Below the pieces are notes generated by a model, which saw only the letters and a list, made by a program, of their open reading frames with translations, searched no databases and was not told where the DNA came from. A stretch of DNA of 64,000 nt from the human T2T-CHM13v2.0 reference genome, Homo sapiens. Shown in pieces: positions 12,846 to 35,621 of the stretch. The stretch lies in assembly GCF_009914755.1 (NCBI RefSeq), contig NC_060926.1. One strand, 5' to 3'. Position 1 is the first letter of the stretch, and each line of letters opens with the position of its first letter. Position numbers and translations under genes: made by a program.

Positions 12846-15137
12846 TATATTGAATAGGAGTGGTAACAGTAGGAATCCTTGTCTTGTTCCAGTTCTCAAG
12901 GGGACTGCCTCCAGCTTTTGCCTATTCAGTATTATGTTGGCTGTGGGTTTGTCATACATGGCTCTGATTATTTTGAGGTATTTCTTTTCAATGCATAGTT
13001 TCCTGAGGGTTTTTATCATGAAAGGATGTTGGATTTTATTGAATGCTTTTCCCACATCTATTGAGATAAACGTACAGTTTTTGTTTCTAATTCTTTTTTG
13101 TGATGAATCACACGTATTGATTTGCATATGTTGAACCAAACTTGCATCCAAGAAATGAAGCCTACGTGATTGTAGTGAATTAAGTTTTTGATGTGCTGCT
13201 GGATTTGGTTTACTAATATTTTGTTGGGGAATGTTGGCATGTGTTTTTCTTTTACATTGTGTGTTTACCATATTTTGGTATCAGAGTGATACTGGCTTCA
13301 AAAAATGAGTTAGGGAGGAATCCCCCCGCTCAATTTTTTAGAACAGTTCAAGTAGAATTGGTACCAGCTCTTCTTTGTACGTCTGGTAGAATTCGGCTGT
13401 GAATTCCTTTGATTGGGGCCTTTTATTGGTTGGTGGGTTTTATTTTATTATTACTGATTCAGTTTTAGAACTTAAGATTGATCTGTTCAGGGTTTCAATT
13501 TCTTCCTGACTCAGTCATGGAGGCTGTATGTTTCCAGGGATTTATCCATTTCCTCTCAACTTCCTAGTTTATGTGCATAGAGGCATTCATAGTACTCTCT
13601 GAGGATCTTTTTTATTTCTAGTGGATCAGTTGTAATGTCACCTTTGCCGTCTCTGATTGTACGTCTTTGGATTTTCTCTTTTTTGCTCTGTTAATCTAGC
13701 TAGTGGTCTATCTATGTTGCTTATCCTTCTAAAAACCAACTTTTGGTTTTGTTGATTCTTCATAGGATTTTTGAGTCTCAATTTCATTCCATTCTGCTCT
13801 GATTTGGGTTATATCTTTTCTTCTGCTAGCTTTGGGATTAGTTTGCTCTTTTTTTGGTTTTCATTTTTGTTTTTTGTTTTTTTGGGTTTATTTTTTGTTA
13901 TTGTTGTTTTTCCACTAGTTGTGATGTTAGATTTTTAATTTGAGATCTGACTTGTAAAAGTGGGCATTTATCCAAACATAAAATAAAATAAAATAAAACA
14001 GACTGTTGGTGTCCAAAAAAAAGAGGCCAGTTAGGAGACTATTGCAATAATCCAGGCAAGATATGATGGAAGCTTGGGCAAAAGTTGTAGCATTGAAAAT
14101 AAATGGCGAAAAGTGGTATTTAGCTATTGTGTTGTTTGCTATAATGGTGATGTTGGTTAATTTGACCAATTTCTGAAGGAAAGATGTGGGGTAAAAAAGG
14201 AAAAGTTATTTCACAAAATATTCTAAGAATTGACCAGATAATGAGAAATTTTAGAATAAATTCTCAGAGAAGACAAAAATCCCAGAGAGATAAAACAGGA
14301 TGCTTAAATTGCACTGTCCTGGAGAAAACATGAGGATACTGCCAGACTAACTGATACTGTGATGCACCTTCAGGGACAGAAAGCAAACACTAATGCCAGA
14401 GCCACCAAAGGGCCAGAATCTAATGGGATAACATACATAATAAGGTAGAACTCAGAAGAAAAGGAGCCTTAGTATTGTAAAGATGGGCATGAAGTATATT
14501 CAATTCCTCTCATCCCTAGGAGATTAAGCAAAGCAAAGAGATGGAAGGAAGGAAGGTGGAAACATCTCAGTCTCATTTGAAAGGTTGAAAAACAAAAATA
14601 TATTTTTATTAAATGGATTAACTCAGGATTCTGTTTACTGTATGAATATTAGTTTATGCTTTGGAGTACTAGAATAAAATATCTTTCTCTAAGTTAGAAT
14701 TCCAATGGAACGTTTCCCTATAAGAAAGAATAATTTATGGTGAGAAATGTAGCCATTCCAATGGGTGCAATTTTTTATTTAACCTTGATTTATTTAAAGT
14801 TTTAACAAATCATGTTTAAGGTTGCATTGAGAAAATATTTTATAATTTCTAAAATATTAGATGTAAAAATTTTGCAAGTTTTGAGACAACAATATGTAAC
14901 AAATTTCTGATCTGAGTATACAATGTTCCATATAATTATTATTTTTAAATGAGGTAATTTATTAAAGAAATAATGTAAGATTTGCTTTAAAGTCAACTTT
15001 TTAAATTTATGCAAGGGGTAATATTTAAATTTCTAAATAAAATAACTATATATAACTTGGATTGCTTAATACTGTTAAAACTTCAGAGAGAAACCAGAGA
15101 TCTTCATTCCTTCCAATGGAAAGGAATTGAAATACAA

Positions 15138-15450
15138 GGGCAGGCACAGTGTCTCATGCCTATAATCCCAGCACTTTGGGAGGTAAAGGCAGGAGAATCA
15201 CTTGAGGCTGGGATTTTGAGACCAGCCTGGGCAACACAGCAAGACCCTCATGTCTGCAAAAAATAAAAATTAAAAAACTTAGTTGGGCCTGTAGTCTGAG
15301 TTACTCAGGAAGCAGAGAAGCAGAGGTGAGAGGATTACCTGAATCCAGGAGTTCGAGGCTACAGTCAGCAGTGATTGCACCACTGTACTCCAGCCTGGGT
15401 GGCAGAGTAAAACTGCCTCTAAAAAATTTTTTAAGATGAAAAATAGAAAA
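15138..15450 (+). mobile_element. AluJ (diverged)
   Basis: gggcaggcacagtgtctcatgcctataatcccagcactttggg...ccaggagttcgaggctacagt...ccagcctggg. Confidence 0.85.
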
Positions 15451-16117
15451 GGAATACATATTACATGATTACTTTCATTAAGAAATTGTCTTCTGTTTGT
15501 AAAATAGTCAGATTAATTAAAAACTATTCTCACAATAAAGTGTTTTCAGTTTCTGAGAATTCAAGTGCTATTTGTTATTATTTATCTAAGATGAATAAAA
15601 TAAGAGATCTTTAATTACTGGTCCAGAAGTCAGAAAGTATTTAAATATAGATCCTTTAACTTACAGTTAAACTAAAGCTATTCAGGAGTTAACAGAAATT
15701 AGCACACAAGAAGGTGTAATTGGCTTTGATGTATGATTTCCTTTGAATTTCTTAAAAATATTCAAGGGATATCTTAGCATGTCAGAGAGCTCTTAATAAA
15801 TGATTCTTGTTTCCATCAATTGTGGTACCTTACATGAGAAAGCATAGAAGGCTAGAAGTAGTAGAATCATACACTTATATCCACTTAACCATGTATTTTC
15901 TTTTTTTTTTTTTATTATACTTTAAGTTTTAGGGTACATGTGCACAATGTGCAGGTTAGTTACATATGCATACATGTGCCATGCTGGTGCGCTGCACCCA
16001 CTAACTCGTCATCTAGCATTAGGTATACCTCCCAATGCTATCCCTCCCCCCTCCCTCTACCCACCACAGTCCCCAGAGTGTGATATTCCCCTTCCTGTGT
16101 CCATGTGATCTCATTGT

Positions 16118-19938
<3,821 letters not shown>

Positions 19939-20001
19939 TATGATGTTAGCTGGTTATTTTGCTCGTTAGTTGATGCAGTTTCTTCCTAGTCTCGATGGTC
20001 T

Positions 20002-21018
20002 TTACATTTTGGCATGATTTTGCAGCAGCTGGTACCGGTTGTTCCTTTCCATGTTTAGCACTTCCTTCAGGAGCTCTTTTAGGGCTGGCCTGGTGGTGAC
20101 AAAATCTCTCAGCATTTGCTTGTCTGTAAAGTATTTTATTTCTCCTGCACTTATGAAGCTTAGTTTGGCTGGATATGAAATTCTGGGTTGAAAATTCTTT
20201 TCTTTAAGAATGTTGGATATTGGCCCCCACTCTCTTCTGGCTTGTAGGGTTTCTGCTGAGAGATCCGCTGTTAGTCTGATGGGCTTCCCTTTGAGGGTAA
20301 CCCAACCTTTCTCTCTGGCTGCCCTTCACATTTTTTCCTTCATTTCGACTTTGGTGAATCTGACAATTATGTGTCTTGGAGTTGCTCTTCTCAAGGAGTA
20401 TCTTTGTGGCGTTCTCTGTATTTCCTGAATCTGAACGTTGGCCTGCCTTGCTAGATTGGGGAAGTTCTCCTGGATAATATCCTGCAGAGTGTTTTCCAAC
20501 TTGGTTCCATTCTCCTCATCACTTTCAGGTACACCAATCAGACGTAGATTTGGTCTTTTCACATAGTCCCATATTTCTTGGAGGCTTTGCTCATTTCTTT
20601 TTATTGTTTTTTCTCTAAACTTCCCTTCTCGCTTCATTTCATTCATTTCATCTTCCATTGCTGATACCCTTTCTCCCAGTTGATCGCATCAGCTCCTGAG
20701 GCTTCTGCATTCTTCACGTAGTTCTCGAGCCTTGGTTTTCAGCTCCATCAGCTCCTTTAAGCACTTCTCTGTATTGGTTATTCTAGTTATACATTCTTCT
20801 AAATTTTTTTCAAAGTTTTCAACTTCTTTGCCTTTGGTCTGAATGTCCTCCTGTAGCTCAGAGTAATTTGATCGTCTGAAGCCTTCTTCTGTCAGCTGGC
20901 CAAAGTCAGTCTCCATCCAGCTTTGTTCTGTTGCTGGTGAGGAACTGCGTTCCTTTGGAGGAGGAGAGGCGCTCTGCTTTTTAGAGTTTCCAGTTTTTCT
21001 GTTCTGTTTTTTCCCCAT
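20002..21018 (-). pseudogene. L1 ORF1 (RNA-binding chaperone) with premature stops
   Basis: MGKKQNRKTGNSK start and canonical 1017-bp span. Stops after ..SLRS (CGA>TGA, about 20689) and after ..KEKM (TTA>TGA, about 20326). Confidence 0.92.
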
Positions 21019-21922
21019 CTTTGTGGTTTTATCTACTTTTGGTCTTTGATGATGGTGATGTACACATGGGTTTTTGGTGTGGATGTCCTTTCTGTTTGTT
21101 AGTTTTCCTTCTAACAGACAGGACCCTCAGCTGCAGGTCTGTTGGAATACCCTGCCGTGTGAGGTGTCAGTGTACCCCTGCTGGGGGATGCCTCCCAGTT
21201 AGGCTGCTCGGAGGTCAGGGGTCAGGGACCCACTTGAGGAGGCAGTCTGCCCGTTCTCAGATCTCCAGCTGCGTGCTGGGAGAACCACTGCTCTCTTCAA
21301 AGCTGTCAGACAGGGACATTTAAGTCTGCAGAGGTTACTGCTGTCTTTTTTTTTGTCTGTGCCCTGCCCCACAGGTGGAGCCTACAGAGGCAGGCAGGCC
21401 TCCTTGAGCTGTGGTGGGCTCCACCCAGTTCGAGCTTCCCGGCTGCTTTGTTTACCTAAGCAAGCCTGGGCAATGGCGGGTGCCCCTCACCCTGCCTCGC
21501 TGCCGCCTTGCAGTTTGATCTCAGACTGCTATGCTAGCAATCAGCGAGACTCCATGGGCGTAGGACCCTCCGAGCCAGGTGCGGGATATAATCTCGTGGT
21601 GTGCCGTTTTTTAAGCCGGTCGGAAAAGCGCAGTATTTGGGTGGCAGTGACCCGATTTTCCAGGTGCGTCTGTCACCCCTTTCTTTGACTCGGAAAGGGA
21701 ACTCCCTGACCCCTTGCGCTTCCCAAGTGAGGCAATGCCTCGCCCTGCTTCGGCTCGCGCACGGTGCGTGCACCCACTGACCTGCGCCCACTGTCTGGCA
21801 CTCCCTAGTGAGATGAACCCGGTACCTCAGATGGAAATGCAGAAATCACCCTTCTTCTGCGTCGCTCACGCTGGGAGCTGTAGACCAGAGCTGTTCCTAT
21901 TCGGCCATCTTGGCTCCTCCCC
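21019..21922. promoter_or_regulatory. L1 5'UTR: CpG-rich internal sense promoter (minus) and antisense promoter (plus); YY1 site intact
   Basis: About 904-bp UTR with many retained CpGs. YY1 motif CAAGATGGCC on minus at 21903-21912. Confidence 0.8.
21473..21688 (+). CDS. ORF0: L1 ORF0, primate antisense ORF, intact 71 aa
   Basis: ATG at 21473 in gggcaATGG context. Translation MAGAPHPASLPPCSLISDCYASNQRDSMGVGPSEPGAGYNLVVCRFLSRSEKRSIWVAVTRFSRCVCHPFL* matches known ORF0 in length and sequence. Expression is unknown. Confidence 0.8.
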   Translation: MAGAPHPASLPPCSLISDCYASNQRDSMGVGPSEPGAGYNLVVCRFLSRSEKRSIWVAVTRFSRCVCHPFL

Positions 21923-22339
21923 ACCATGTATTTTCATGAATTAAATTTAATTACATAAAAGATGATAAGTTTGTAAGCCATTGGTCATATGAAAATATTT
22001 CAGTGGCCACTATTAATTTCTGGCAACAGCTATCTTAAAATATTTCCTTTGGAAAGAATAGGAAGTATAGTTGAGCAAAATCATGGATGTTTAAAAGTAT
22101 CAAAAATTATAAATTATGATGAAAAGTTCAGAAATTTTCATCTGGGACTTGGTCTGCAGCATTTTATGTATGCTCCTTTCCCTGCACCATCCCCTAAAGC
22201 AGGAAGTTTGTCAGTAATTTTTCATTATCTTTTATCCTAGCCACCTCTTAGGCGCTCTTCAGGACTCCACTTGAGCCTCACATTCTCCATTCCCTGCATT
22301 TCTGACTAGGTGACATTTCCACATGTTTCCACACCACTG

Positions 22340-22990
22340 CCACTGACCCACTTAAAGTCACTTAATCTCTCTCCTGGACAGCTGTGTGACACTTCACCAA
22401 GGTCTTGGCTTCTAACTCAGTTTTAGTACAACCTATTCTCCACATTACAGCCAGGATGATCTTTCAAAAATGCCAATATGAACATTTCAAGCCCCAGATT
22501 TGAAACCTCAGTACACTTGCATATCTTCTAGGATAAAGTTCAAAAATCTTAATTTGGCCATAACATTCTACAATCACAGGGCCAATGGCTTTTCCAGCCT
22601 CTCCATCTGCCATTCCTTGTCCGTTGTGCCCCAGGCATACTGGCCTTCCTCAATTCCCCCAAATCCCTAGCACATGCTCCTTGCTTTCTCAACTTCAAAC
22701 ACATTTTCCTTTCTGCAAACTCTTCCCTATACTTTATCCCAGATAACTCTTATTCATCTTTCATGTTTAGCTTATACTTCACATTTTCTCAGAAAAGCAT
22801 TCACTATGCCCCAAGATAGATCACATTTTCATAGCACTCTGAATTCTCATGAATCTAAGTACAATTTCATTCTCTGTCTTCCCTACTAGAATGTAACCTC
22901 CAGGAGGTGAGGAACTCTGCCATTTTTCCCTGTACCTGGCATGTAATTAGCACTCAACAAATGTTTGGTAAATAAATGGACAAATTAATG
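22340..22990 (+). mobile_element. L2 3' region
   Basis: ctattctccacattacagccaggatgatctttcaaaaatgc...ctagaatgtaacctccaggagg...cctggcatgtaattagcactcaacaaatgtttgg. Confidence 0.7.
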
Positions 22991-23674
22991 ACCTGATAAT
23001 AGTGGAATAGTTACCCTGCTACCACAATCCTGTCAACTTAGTACACCAGCAGTGTACTACTTAGGATGATGTCAGCTTCATCCTCAGGTAAGCTACATTC
23101 TGCCTTAAGAGATGGTTGTCACAGTTCCAGCATCACATGTAGAGAGGACAATGTCCAGAGGAAGAAAAGCAACTATTAGGGTATCACTTTTCCAATAGCA
23201 AAGACAACTTTTTCTAAAACTCATTATTAGAGTTTTTTTCCGTGTCTCCTTGGCTACTCTACCTAATTTCAAATCTGAATAACCATAGTTCATCAGTTAA
23301 TTGTTCTTTCAAGTAGCAATGTTGTTCCATGAAAAAGCAATTAGCTCAGCTCACAACTGATACAATCATATAAGTGCATTGCCTCAAGACAGTCATCACA
23401 CTTCAGCAGCCAGCAGCCAGGCAAAATGCTTTATGCTTACTTCCCATTATGTCACAAGGAATATCAAAATGTTGTGCGCATGAGGGTCAAGATTTAATAA
23501 AATCCATAATTTCTACTGCTTTCAGCAAGGATGTTCTTAATGCATATGTGTGTGTGTGTATTACTTAAGTAAATGTGTGTGGGGGGGTGTATTAAGTAAA
23601 TGTGCATGTGTGTTACTTAAGTAAACATATGTGTGCGTGTATTACTTGTTTTTGCTGCATTACGTGACACAGAA

Positions 23675-23901
23675 CAGGGGTTAGCAAACTTTTGACTTAC
23701 CAGTCAGAGTTAGCCCACAGCTACATTTTTTTTAAGATAAAGTTCTATCGAAACGCAGCTATGCCCATTTGTTTATGTATTATCTAAAACGTTTTTGCTC
23801 TTCAAATGCAGTTTGGTAGTAGAGACAGAGGCTTTATGGCCTGCAAAACCTAAAGCATTTCCTATCTGGACCTTACGAGAAAAAAGAATTGCAGACATCT
23901 G
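23675..23901. mobile_element. MER58A hAT MITE
   Basis: caggggttagcaaac...tatggcctgcaaaacctaaagcatttcctatctggacc...ttgcagacatctg. Degenerate 8-bp TSD acacagaa / gcatagaa. Confidence 0.8.
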
Positions 23902-24489
23902 GCATAGAAAAGTAGAGTTAAAACTAGTACTGTTTAGGATCATTGCCTTGATTTGTGCTAAGAGATTAAAAGTTTAACTTATCTTGTATTCTATAAATCA
24001 GATCAAATGCCAACTCAGTGAAGAGGGAAAATTATTTCTTATTGCTGTAATTAAAATAATTGTGTCTTTATGAACTTACTGAAGGCATCTTGGGGGTCCC
24101 TTAGACTTGAGAACCACACTTTAATAACAGCTGGCCAGATTAAAACATGCATTCTCCCAAAATGTATTAATAATATAAATTAGTTTTACCTCTTTCAGAC
24201 AATGCAAAGATTTTAGGGTACTTTAACTCCATATACCCCACTCACAACTGATACGTGATTGAGTAATGTAGTTTATATTGATGTCCTATAAGACATTATT
24301 ATTTTTATTTTAAGCAGTCTCTTTAAATATTGCTTTCTGCATCTCCAAACTTCTGTCAGGGATCATTTGCCATCCACCTGAAAAACACTTTATGGTCTTT
24401 TGTTTTATCTGTGTCTGATGGTAATATATGCTTTCTGTTTTTATTTGTTTGAAAATATTTTTATTTTACTTGCAAGTTGGTAAGATATT

Positions 24490-24926
24490 TGTCTCAGTCC
24501 ATTTTGTGTTTCTATGAAAGAATACTTGATGCTAGGTGATTTATGTTTAAAAGAGGTTTATTTAGCTCATGTTTTGCAGGCTGAGAAGCCTAGGAGCATG
24601 GCTCTGGGCTTTGGCACTGCATTACAACATGGTGGAGAAGGTCAAAGGGAAAGGGAACATATGCAAAGAGAAAGAAACCTTAGGGGTGTCCTGGCTTTAT
24701 AACAACCCACACTCAAGGGGAACCAATCCATTCCTGCAAGAACCAATGTGATCTCTCATGACCAAGAACTCACTCATTGACTCAAGCACCAAGCTATTCA
24801 TGAGGCATCTGCCCCCATAACCCAAACACCATCCACTAGGCCCCACCTGACAACACCACCCTACTGGGGATGAAATTTTAACATGAGCTTTGGTGAGGAC
24901 AAACAGACCATATTCAAAGCACAACA
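24490..24926 (-). mobile_element. Solo MaLR LTR (MSTB/MSTC-like) inserted in an old L1M fragment (about 24150-25900)
   Basis: TG...CA termini and 5-bp TSD atatt / atatc. MST motifs aagaggtttatttagctcatg and attcatgaggcatctgcccccataacccaaacacc. Confidence 0.85.
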
Positions 24927-27269
24927 ATATCTTGCCAGATAAAGAATGATATCTTCAATATACAGAAAGAAAATAAAATGTAATCCCTAGAGAGCATTCT
25001 ATTGTTGGTTTTCTAACATGGTTTCTAATGAGAAGTTAACTGTCAGTCTTCTTATTGTTACTTCTTTGAATGTGAGCTGGAATGCTACTTCTTTGTCATT
25101 GACTTTTAGTCATTTTTCTGTTCCCAAGTGTCATCTTCCTTATGTTTATCATTCTTGGCTTCATAGGATGTTTGTACCTGTGACTTGATGTCTTTATTGG
25201 TTTTGGGAAACTTAATTCTTCTGTGAAATTTGCTTTTGTCTTATTCTTTCTCCCCTGCCACTTCTGAGACTCCAATTATAATAGCCCTGTTCACAGTGTC
25301 CTCTATGTCCCTTATGCACTTATCCGTATTTTGCATCCTAGTTTTTATCTGTATTTATTTGTATGTATTTCTGACTTATCATTCACTAACTTCCTCTTCA
25401 ACTATGTCTAATCTCATTTAAACCATCATATTAAATACTTAATTATAGGGACTGCCTTTTTCTCCCTCTATAATTTCCATTGGCTCTTTTATAAATATTT
25501 CAAGTTCTTTCCTGAAATTATTAGCCTTGTCTTCTTATTTTCTTGAATATGTTGAATCATGGTTTGAATTCTGTATCTGAAAACTCTAAGTTTTTTATGG
25601 CTTCTATGGTCTGTTACTTTCTTGATCTTGTGGCCCTATAGCTTCATGTTCCTGGTTATTTCTGACTAGTATTGGACATTACATAATTACAGAACTATAA
25701 TTAATAATGTTTTCTACTTCAAGATGGAAGGCTGCTATAGGTATTAAACATCTCAGATTTTCATAACCCAATCAGGGATTGAGATCATTTGAAGATGGTT
25801 CTCCTTCCTTTTCAGGGCTGGTCAATTGTCAGGTCACGTTTCCTTTAGTTTGTAGCACTTCAGGGTCCAATCCCAAAGTCTAGGATATTGTGACTTTTGA
25901 TGATATCAGCAGCGAACTTGAGGATAAAAGCAACACCAAATGTGATTGTGTTGACTTGTTGGGCCAAGATCCAGGTGAAGAAGGGAACCAAGAGTTCAGC
26001 ACAACTTTTAAAACTTTCTAATGCCTTAAGTAACTTTTAAAACTCTTGTCAAGCTTTTAAAATCATGTTGCTTGGGGGATTTTGAACCAAGTTACCTAGT
26101 CTGGATTCCTGGAAGTAAATTCCGAATTAGTTCATCTTTGTCATAGCCCATTCTATATATCACAATTATTTTGCTCACTTTATAAATACTTTGCCTTAGA
26201 GTACCACATTATTTATATCCCACATTTTGCCATATTCATTTTTATTTATGGCTCTCATTAACAATTGCAAAGGCTTCTTAATTTTTCCATCTGCAAGTGG
26301 TATTTTCATGCTTGAGGAAGAAAGTCTTTACCAATGAACTTCTATGTCTCTGGCACACCCTGATCTTCATTACACAGAGCTACACAATAGCAACACTGCA
26401 AACAAAATAGTTTGTAAAAGCCATCCCACCAACTAATACACTTTTCAGTATAAAAGTATTTTTTTCTGGGTGGCACTATAGTTAACTGTGATGTGTCTTT
26501 GGACTGCATGCTGAATTCAGTTTCAATGTTGAAAATAAAAAATATACCCATTTCCAACGGGGCATCATTTCTTGAACACTATAATGATTCTTGCTAATCA
26601 TTTTTTAAAACTTTCTTGGCTACTTAGCTACATCATTTATGGATTACATGTATAAATCAAAGCTACCAAAGCCATGACTTCATCATGTTTTATTCAGAGA
26701 TGGGCTCTAAGAAAGATACATAGTGGTCAAAACTGATGATTATTTGTGAGTTGTAGAGAGTGATTTAAGCAAATTACATGCCAGATACTGATCCAGAAAA
26801 AGACAGCCCACTACTGAAGAATAGTGACTCTAACTGAAATATTAAAAGACTGCAGGAACAAATTATGTCAACAACATCTGCTTATATGTGGTACCTAAAA
26901 TTGTAACCAGGATTAAATTATTTATTAATATGTTCTAATACCATGAGTGTACAGATGTTGAAGTAAACCATATTCGTGGAAATAGGTGTGAAAGCGAAAT
27001 TAGTTTTCTTACTGTCTACTATGCCAAGTTTAACTTGTGCCAAAAGTTTCAATTCAAAGTTTTAGAAATAATGTCAAATATATTTTTGATGTTACACATA
27101 ATAGATGCGTAATCAATGCTATTAATCAATATAATGATAGAACATAATTGAGGTCTATAATATTAAGTAGATATTAAGAATATTAATATTAAATAATTGA
27201 TTAGTATAATTATCAAGTGTATGTTTGATTATATATATATATATTTTTACAGATGTACATAAGTTTGTG

Positions 27270-33926
<6,657 letters not shown>

Positions 33927-33959
33927 TGTTATTTTTTTAACTCAAACAAAACTCTCATC

Positions 33960-34110
33960 CAAATTACCTCATTTATTCCTCACAACGACACTGAGAAAAA
34001 CTGAAGACAAACGAAATTTCACAGAAATGGTTTAACCACTGAATTGTAGAATTGAGATATGAAGCAAGTTTATCTTACATCCCAAACCATGCTCTCCCAC
34101 TATACCATAG
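33960..34110 (-). mobile_element. MIR fragment
   Basis: ctcatttattcctcacaac...gaaaaactgaagac...cccaaaccatgctctcccactatacca. Confidence 0.6.
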
Positions 34111-35278
34111 TCTAAAAAAAAAATTAAAAAAAAATTAAAAAAAAATTACAAAATCATATATGATACTAGAATTTAAAAACATATAATTTATGAAGTACTG
34201 TGTGTAGACTTCTGGTTATGTCTAGAATGGTTGATTAGTAAAATATTCTTTGAAAAGGTTTACTTCTTTAGAATTCTTTCAAATCTTTCATTTTGTCAAG
34301 GTGCATACATCACTAACACTCAGGATTTATATGAATAATAAATAATGTAACTATTGCTTAGAGATTGCTGAGGCATATGTGATATACTAGCCTGTCTAGG
34401 ATTATTATCCTAAAGAGATATTCTCCTATCTAGCACCACCAAATCCTCCTTGATAGAAGCAGACCACTAAAAGCTAACTAGTATTTCCCCTTGGCCTAAG
34501 AAGGAAGCTACCTAAAGTGTTAATATTTTCAGCACACTCCTTTAACAATTACAGTCTATAATTACTCACCTGGGACTAAGCATATGTTGCGTAGAATTGT
34601 CATTTGTCTTTCTAGATTAAAAGCAAGTAAGCATCTTGCCTGAGTAATTGCTCGTGAAATGCTGGTTGACATGAAATCAAACTGCTTCTTCTTGTTAGGT
34701 CTGTGTGTGTCACTGTGACCTTCAACCTCTGCCTCTCCCTTCTTCTTCCATCATTAGTAATTCCCTGCTCCCAATCTCTAGATGAAGTCATATTTTAACA
34801 GATCTCATTACTTGCCAGAAGAATAAGTTTTGGAAAAGATAAAGCAGAAGTTTATTTTCTAGAGATTTAGATATAAAAAGAATCTTTTTGTCCGACTTTC
34901 TTTTGCTTTTAGTGTTGTTCTTTTTTATTCTTTTTATCTGGTATCTTTTATCCAGATTCTCAAGGTCACTTGAAAACAACAATAAAAAAAATCTTTTGAA
35001 CGTTGAGAGTTTGTAATTTTGTAAGCCTGAGAATTACCTTACTCATTTTCTCCCTGTATTCTAATTCTAAAAGTGTAATTCAAGTACTATGACACATTTC
35101 ATCATTAAAATACTATCCAGTTGTAGAAAAGAATGAGTAAGGTGCTCATTCATTATATGTGATGATATAAGCAATTTGTAAGATTTATTGTTAAATAAAA
35201 ATTAAGGTATAAAACTATGTATAGAATATAATCTCCTGGATAAAAAATGGTAAAAGAGTTTGAATATGTACATATATA

Positions 35279-35621
35279 ATTTTTTACTTCCATAGGTTTT
35301 GGGGCAACAGGTGGTGTTTGGTTGCATGAGTCAGTGCTTTAGTGGTGATTTGTGAGATTTTGGTGCACCCATCACCCAAACAGTATACACTGTACCCAAT
35401 TTGTAGCCTTTCATCCCTCACCCACTTCCCACCATTTCTCCCAAGTCTCCGATGTCCATTGTATCATTCTTATGTCTTTGTATCCTCATAGCTTAGCTCC
35501 CAGTTATGAGTGAGAACACACGATGTTTAGTTTTCCATTCCTGAGTTACTTCACTTCGCATAATGGTCTCCAATTCCATCCAGGTTGCTGCAAGTGCCAT
35601 TGTTTCATGTCTTTTTATGGC
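35279..35621 (-). mobile_element. 5'-truncated L1PB (3'UTR only), inserted in an older plus-strand L1ME-like fragment
   Basis: L1PB1-type aacaggtggtgtttggttgcatgag...tttagtggtgatttgtgagattttggtgcaccc. Exact 18-bp direct repeat tgaatatgtacatatata (35261-78 / 35622-39). Confidence 0.88.

Larger units (their letters stand above)
11838..13994 (-). mobile_element. L1 (old L1PA/L1PB-type) ORF2 fragment, inverted relative to its poly(A) tail
   Basis: Minus-strand ORF2 peptides (11685..12035, 12822..13271). (AAAAT)n tail on plus at about 13980-13994. TSD aaaatagactattggcgt (11820-37) / aaaacagactgttggtgt (13995-14012). Confidence 0.85.
11310..14130 (-). mobile_element. L2 (L2a-like) 3' region, split by an L1 insertion at 11838-13994
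   Basis: catttattcaacaaataa 3' end. The sequence ...gctgttgaaaatagact resumes after the L1 as ...ggccagttaggagactattgcaataatccaggcaag, contiguous in the L2 consensus. Confidence 0.75.

Noticed and set aside
14200-15120. Possible DNA-transposon or LTR remnants
   Set aside because: Could not assign termini or a family from the sequence alone.
34113-34150. A-rich tract as the tail of a retrocopy
   Set aside because: (A9TT)n low-complexity run beside a MIR; no TSD or mRNA-like body found.
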